A DNA stretch of 64,000 nucleotides, taken from Hyphochytrium catenoides (taxonomy: Eukaryota > Protista > Hyphochytriomycota). Under the pieces are notes generated by a model. It was not told the origin of the DNA and made no database searches. It saw nothing but the letters and a program-made list of their open reading frames with translations. Location of the stretch: NCBI GenBank assembly GCA_900088475.1, contig FLMG01000885.1, forward strand, positions 8,234-72,233, read 5' to 3'. Below, one piece after another: positions 60,475-64,000 of the stretch. A program made the translations under genes and the position numbers. The stretch's first letter is position 1, and every line of letters begins with the position of its first letter.

Positions 60475-63400
60475 TTAGGCAAAGTTCAGCTTACTTCTTA
60501 GTCCAGGGAACTCTAGATGGGCCCCTCGAAGCTGCAGCCATGCCTGACTCCACTGATTCGCACAGCTGATGGCATATATGCTATCAATAACCCCTTGTCC
60601 TGAGCGATACTTCACCACAATTGCAGTCAGTGTACGCAGGTAATTTGCGTAGTTATCCAAATACTGCCGGACGAAGCTCCGGTCTCCTCTGCAACCGTAG
60701 AGCTCGAACTCTAAAGAGGCAAGGGATCGGAGGATGATTGAGACTTGCTTGCTGCTGGCGATGCCTGAGTTAGCAATGGACTCGGCCTGCTTAAGCACCG
60801 CCATCCGATTCAGCTTGGCCTGGAGATAAGAATTTGCGTAGAATGAGGCACGTAGACATGCACACACAGCGGGTGGAGGCATGAGCGAGCAAACGTTAGT
60901 TTTGGGAGGAAGGAAAATGGAAATGAGAGACTAAAGAGTCAGGTAGTCAGGTTTTTAGGAAGTTGACGTGTGAGTTCCCAGTTGCGGAAGCTGTGAAAGC
61001 TATTCACGCGCGGTGGGGGTGCGATGTCAGCGGAACTTAGAAGCTAAACTGGGTGAGAGAGAGCCCAGCTATGTTGGACCAAAGGCCATCACAATAACAG
61101 GCTTGGAAGCCAAGACTCAAAGAAAGGGACCTTGAAGATAGCACTCCCCACCTGTTTGCGAACCGCTAAGTTGTGATTCTCGGCTATGAAGGCTGCGAAC
61201 CGCTCGTGTTCTCCCTCTTCAAGAACTCTTTTGACGATTTCGGTGAAGTCTCCTCTCAACACTTTCTCAGGAAGTGATCCCATAGCCCTGATGCTGGCTA
61301 AAGCGTCAGGTTGAGCGAAGGGTTCAACGTACAGCCCAGACCAAAGAGAGAGTAGAGACAAGAATCTCTCTCTCTTTGCTATGCTAAGGAGGGAGAAAAG
61401 AGTTTCTTGCTTATGAGGTAGACAGTCATAGAGAAAGACCTTGCTTGCCGAGATGAACTCGGAGAGTGTGCTGTCGCCTGTGCAAAGACCGAACGGGTGA
61501 GAGAGCTTTAGCACCTCGGCGAACTTCATCCCCTGTCTGATAACTCGAAGAGTTCGACCGTTGTTTCTCTGTGGCTTATTTTCTATAAGGACATCTTGAA
61601 TAAACTCTCTTTGTCCTGCCTTTACTTCTTGTTCCTCCCTTAAACGCTCATCACTCTTTCCTCCCACTTCGGAAGCCTTGGTTTGTATGATAATCCTGTC
61701 AAACCATCCCTCCTTCAGAAGCTGAGGGCTAAAGAATCGAAGGGCATCCGACACCTGCTCCACTGTGGTACGGGAGCTGCAGAGACAGATATCAAGGTTG
61801 TGCGCGCCCGTCCTCGGCCCCGACTCGGGGCTGGTGCTTTGAGATGAGAGAGACGAAGCGTCCAAAGATTGGCAGAGAGTGTTCCCACCACGCATGTCTG
61901 CCACGAAGATGGAGGAAGAGAGGAGGAGAAATAGGATGACATTGCTGGGCAGATGTCCATACCCAGCGAAAACTGTGTGTTCTCTCAAGTAGCGCTCCAC
62001 AAGCTCTGTTTCCGCTTCATGCCCTTCATGTCTTGATAGGCCAAAGAGAAGTGCCCTGAAAGTGCTCGCATCTTTGTCTCTCAGACTCTTCATCTTGCTC
62101 TTCGAATTGTAGGTCTTTTCGCTCTTATAGCTCTGTCTCAGTGCCTCAGAAAGAGGAATGCCCATCTCTAAGGGACCCAAGCCCATGCTGTACTCTGACG
62201 GAGGTTCATCCTCACCTCCCCAGTGCTGCATGAGAGAGAAACCAAACTCTGCAAGAGAGAATCGTTGGGGCTTTGGAGAGCGGAAGAAAGATAGCAGATG
62301 CTCTATCACGAGCGGATCACCAGAGAGGGGAGTGTATGTATCAAAGATCATATGGGCGAAGAGGCCTGCTCTTTCTTTGTCTCTTTCCTCTCTTTCTCTT
62401 CTTCTCCCTATTGGTCGCCTGAAATCTCTCTTCGCCCCATCCGCGAGTTCACCTATCGTCACCACTCTCTCTCCTAACGTCTCCTCAAACTTGTTGATAA
62501 TATCCTGAGGAATCGCATGATAGTTTCCTCCTAGAATGATCCTGGCTCTGAAGCCGATTCCTCGAAGAAAGCATGCGTTGTTCACCGCCGCCCCCAGATC
62601 GCCAAAGCCACTGCGAACGTGTGCATAGACGTATGCTTTGAGGCCCTTGAAAGAAAGAGAAAGAGGTAGAGAGAGAGAATCTAGCTCTCTGTCAACCTCG
62701 TACTTCCACAGGGCCTCTGCGTAGCTGCAGCGCCTGGCCAATGGGTATAGACGAGTCTGCGAGAAGATCAGCGAAACGAGTGGCAGGTAGAAGGATAGGA
62801 GAGGAGAAAGAGTAAGACGTTCTCTCTCTTCTAACAGAAGTGACACTTTGTCGCTCTTTGTGTCACTATCCTGCACCGCAACTTGAGCTATAGAACCTTC
62901 TTCCGTCTCGTCCTCTGGAGCAGATAGAGATTCTTCCCCTTCCCACGCTTCCTCTTCATCTGGCACATAGATAGAGCGAGAGCTTGCCTTGTATGCCGCC
63001 GGAGCAGCTTCTAGCTCGGTTCCGTCTCCTTCTTGGTGTCTCGTCAAGGTTGCATTATCTTCCTTCTCGATCTCTAGTCGGTCTCCTATCAATCCCGTCC
63101 GTTTGAGCTCCATATAGAGCTCATTGGCTAGTTCTTTAGCCTCTGTCTCTTGCACCTTGCCTTTGATGGGCTCTAGAGGACGTCTATCCTCCCTATTCTC
63201 TCTGGTTTCTCTCTCATCCTCAGGCAGAAGTAGTAGGGTAGGATGAGACTGGCTCAGGTGAGTTAACTCATAGAAAGTACTGGCGTCCACTCTCCTTAGA
63301 TCTGCAGTTTGACTCTCAAGTTTCTCTTCGCTCCTCTCATCACCTGCGCTTCTTCTAAGACATGCAAGAGCTTCCTGGACTCGTCGATAGCCTTCGGAGG

Positions 63401-63860
63401 AGAACGTGCCCATCCCAATATAAGGGAACTGCTTCATCACTCTTTCTCTAATCTTTGCCTCTTTCTCGTTTCTCCTCTCTTCCGCGCTTTGGGTCTCATC
63501 TTCTTCTCCAGGCCTCCTGTCCGCCGTAGGAGAAAGAAGGAAGGGGATGGAGGCTTCAGCTATAGCGGTTAGGGCTGTTGTTAGCCATACATCTAATACC
63601 GAGAGATGATGCTTGAGCCTGTGGGAGAGATAAATCCCTTTCTTGTCCTCCGGAGAGAGGGAGAGGCTTTCCAAGGCCGGTAGCTTGGTAGGCGAGAGAG
63701 GCATTAAGTTCAGGCCTTGCAGGTCTCCTGCAGATAAAGAAGGAAGTTGGCCATTCGGCGCTGTAGACGGCTGCTGGCTTGCCTCTTCTCCTTTCTCTTC
63801 AACCTCCGTCAACTCAGCTTCGGCCAGCGTCTCTTCTCCCCTATGTGCTTGGACCAGGGC
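60475..63860 (-). CDS. Large uncharacterised protein (5' end outside window) with putative EarP-related GT-B glycosyltransferase-like domain
   Basis: An exon of about 2.7 kb (acceptor ttgccag at about 63861, donor CAG|gtggga at about 61151) is spliced to a last exon AKLNRMAV...KLNFA* (about 60819-60475). Motifs: AHVRSGFGDLGAA, SLAEFG...SMGLGPLEMGI, VFAGYGH and LSHPFGLCTGDSTLSEFISASKVFLYDCLPHK. The CDS itself is well supported; the function is inferred. Confidence 0.7.
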
Positions 63861-64000
63861 TGGCAAAGACGTGGGGCGAAAGAGCGAGAGGAAAGTGAAG
63901 GGCCAAGGAGACCCAGAGGGTGGAGGAGAAGATGAGGTCGGAGAAAGAGAGCGTGAGAGTCAATCACAGGAAAGGTATCGAGAGAGAGGAAGGGATAGCG

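Overview
Eukaryotic nuclear scaffold from an intron-rich, gene-dense genome (GT-AG introns, CTRAY-type branch points, five N-gaps, two of them inside GA microsatellites). Several proteins read as stramenopile/oomycete-like, but the taxon is my inference. By splicing exons by hand I support 15 protein genes: a stand-alone BioD-like/DRTGG (PTA N-terminal) protein, an SCI1-like protein, ATAD2/Yta7 with extra PHD and Tudor-like modules, a DIPP/Aps1-type Nudix hydrolase, DNAJC2/zuotin, a complete WWE-WWE-RING-DTC Deltex ligase, a P4-ATPase flippase, a TRPV-like channel, Yippee/YPEL, a DHHC palmitoyltransferase, an intronless membrane-anchored GH18 pseudo-chitinase, a mitochondrial 2Fe-2S ferredoxin, a 91-aa orphan, Makorin, and a large 5'-truncated gene whose 2.7 kb exon encodes a GT-B-like domain with motifs paralleling the bacterial protein-arginine rhamnosyltransferase EarP. 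That last gene is the most novel-looking item. Two stretches (1-3400 and about 38.8-43.6 kb) contain no recognisable gene and look like decayed repeat DNA. No rRNA, tRNA or CRISPR array is supported. All family assignments come from motif recognition by eye; no database search was run.
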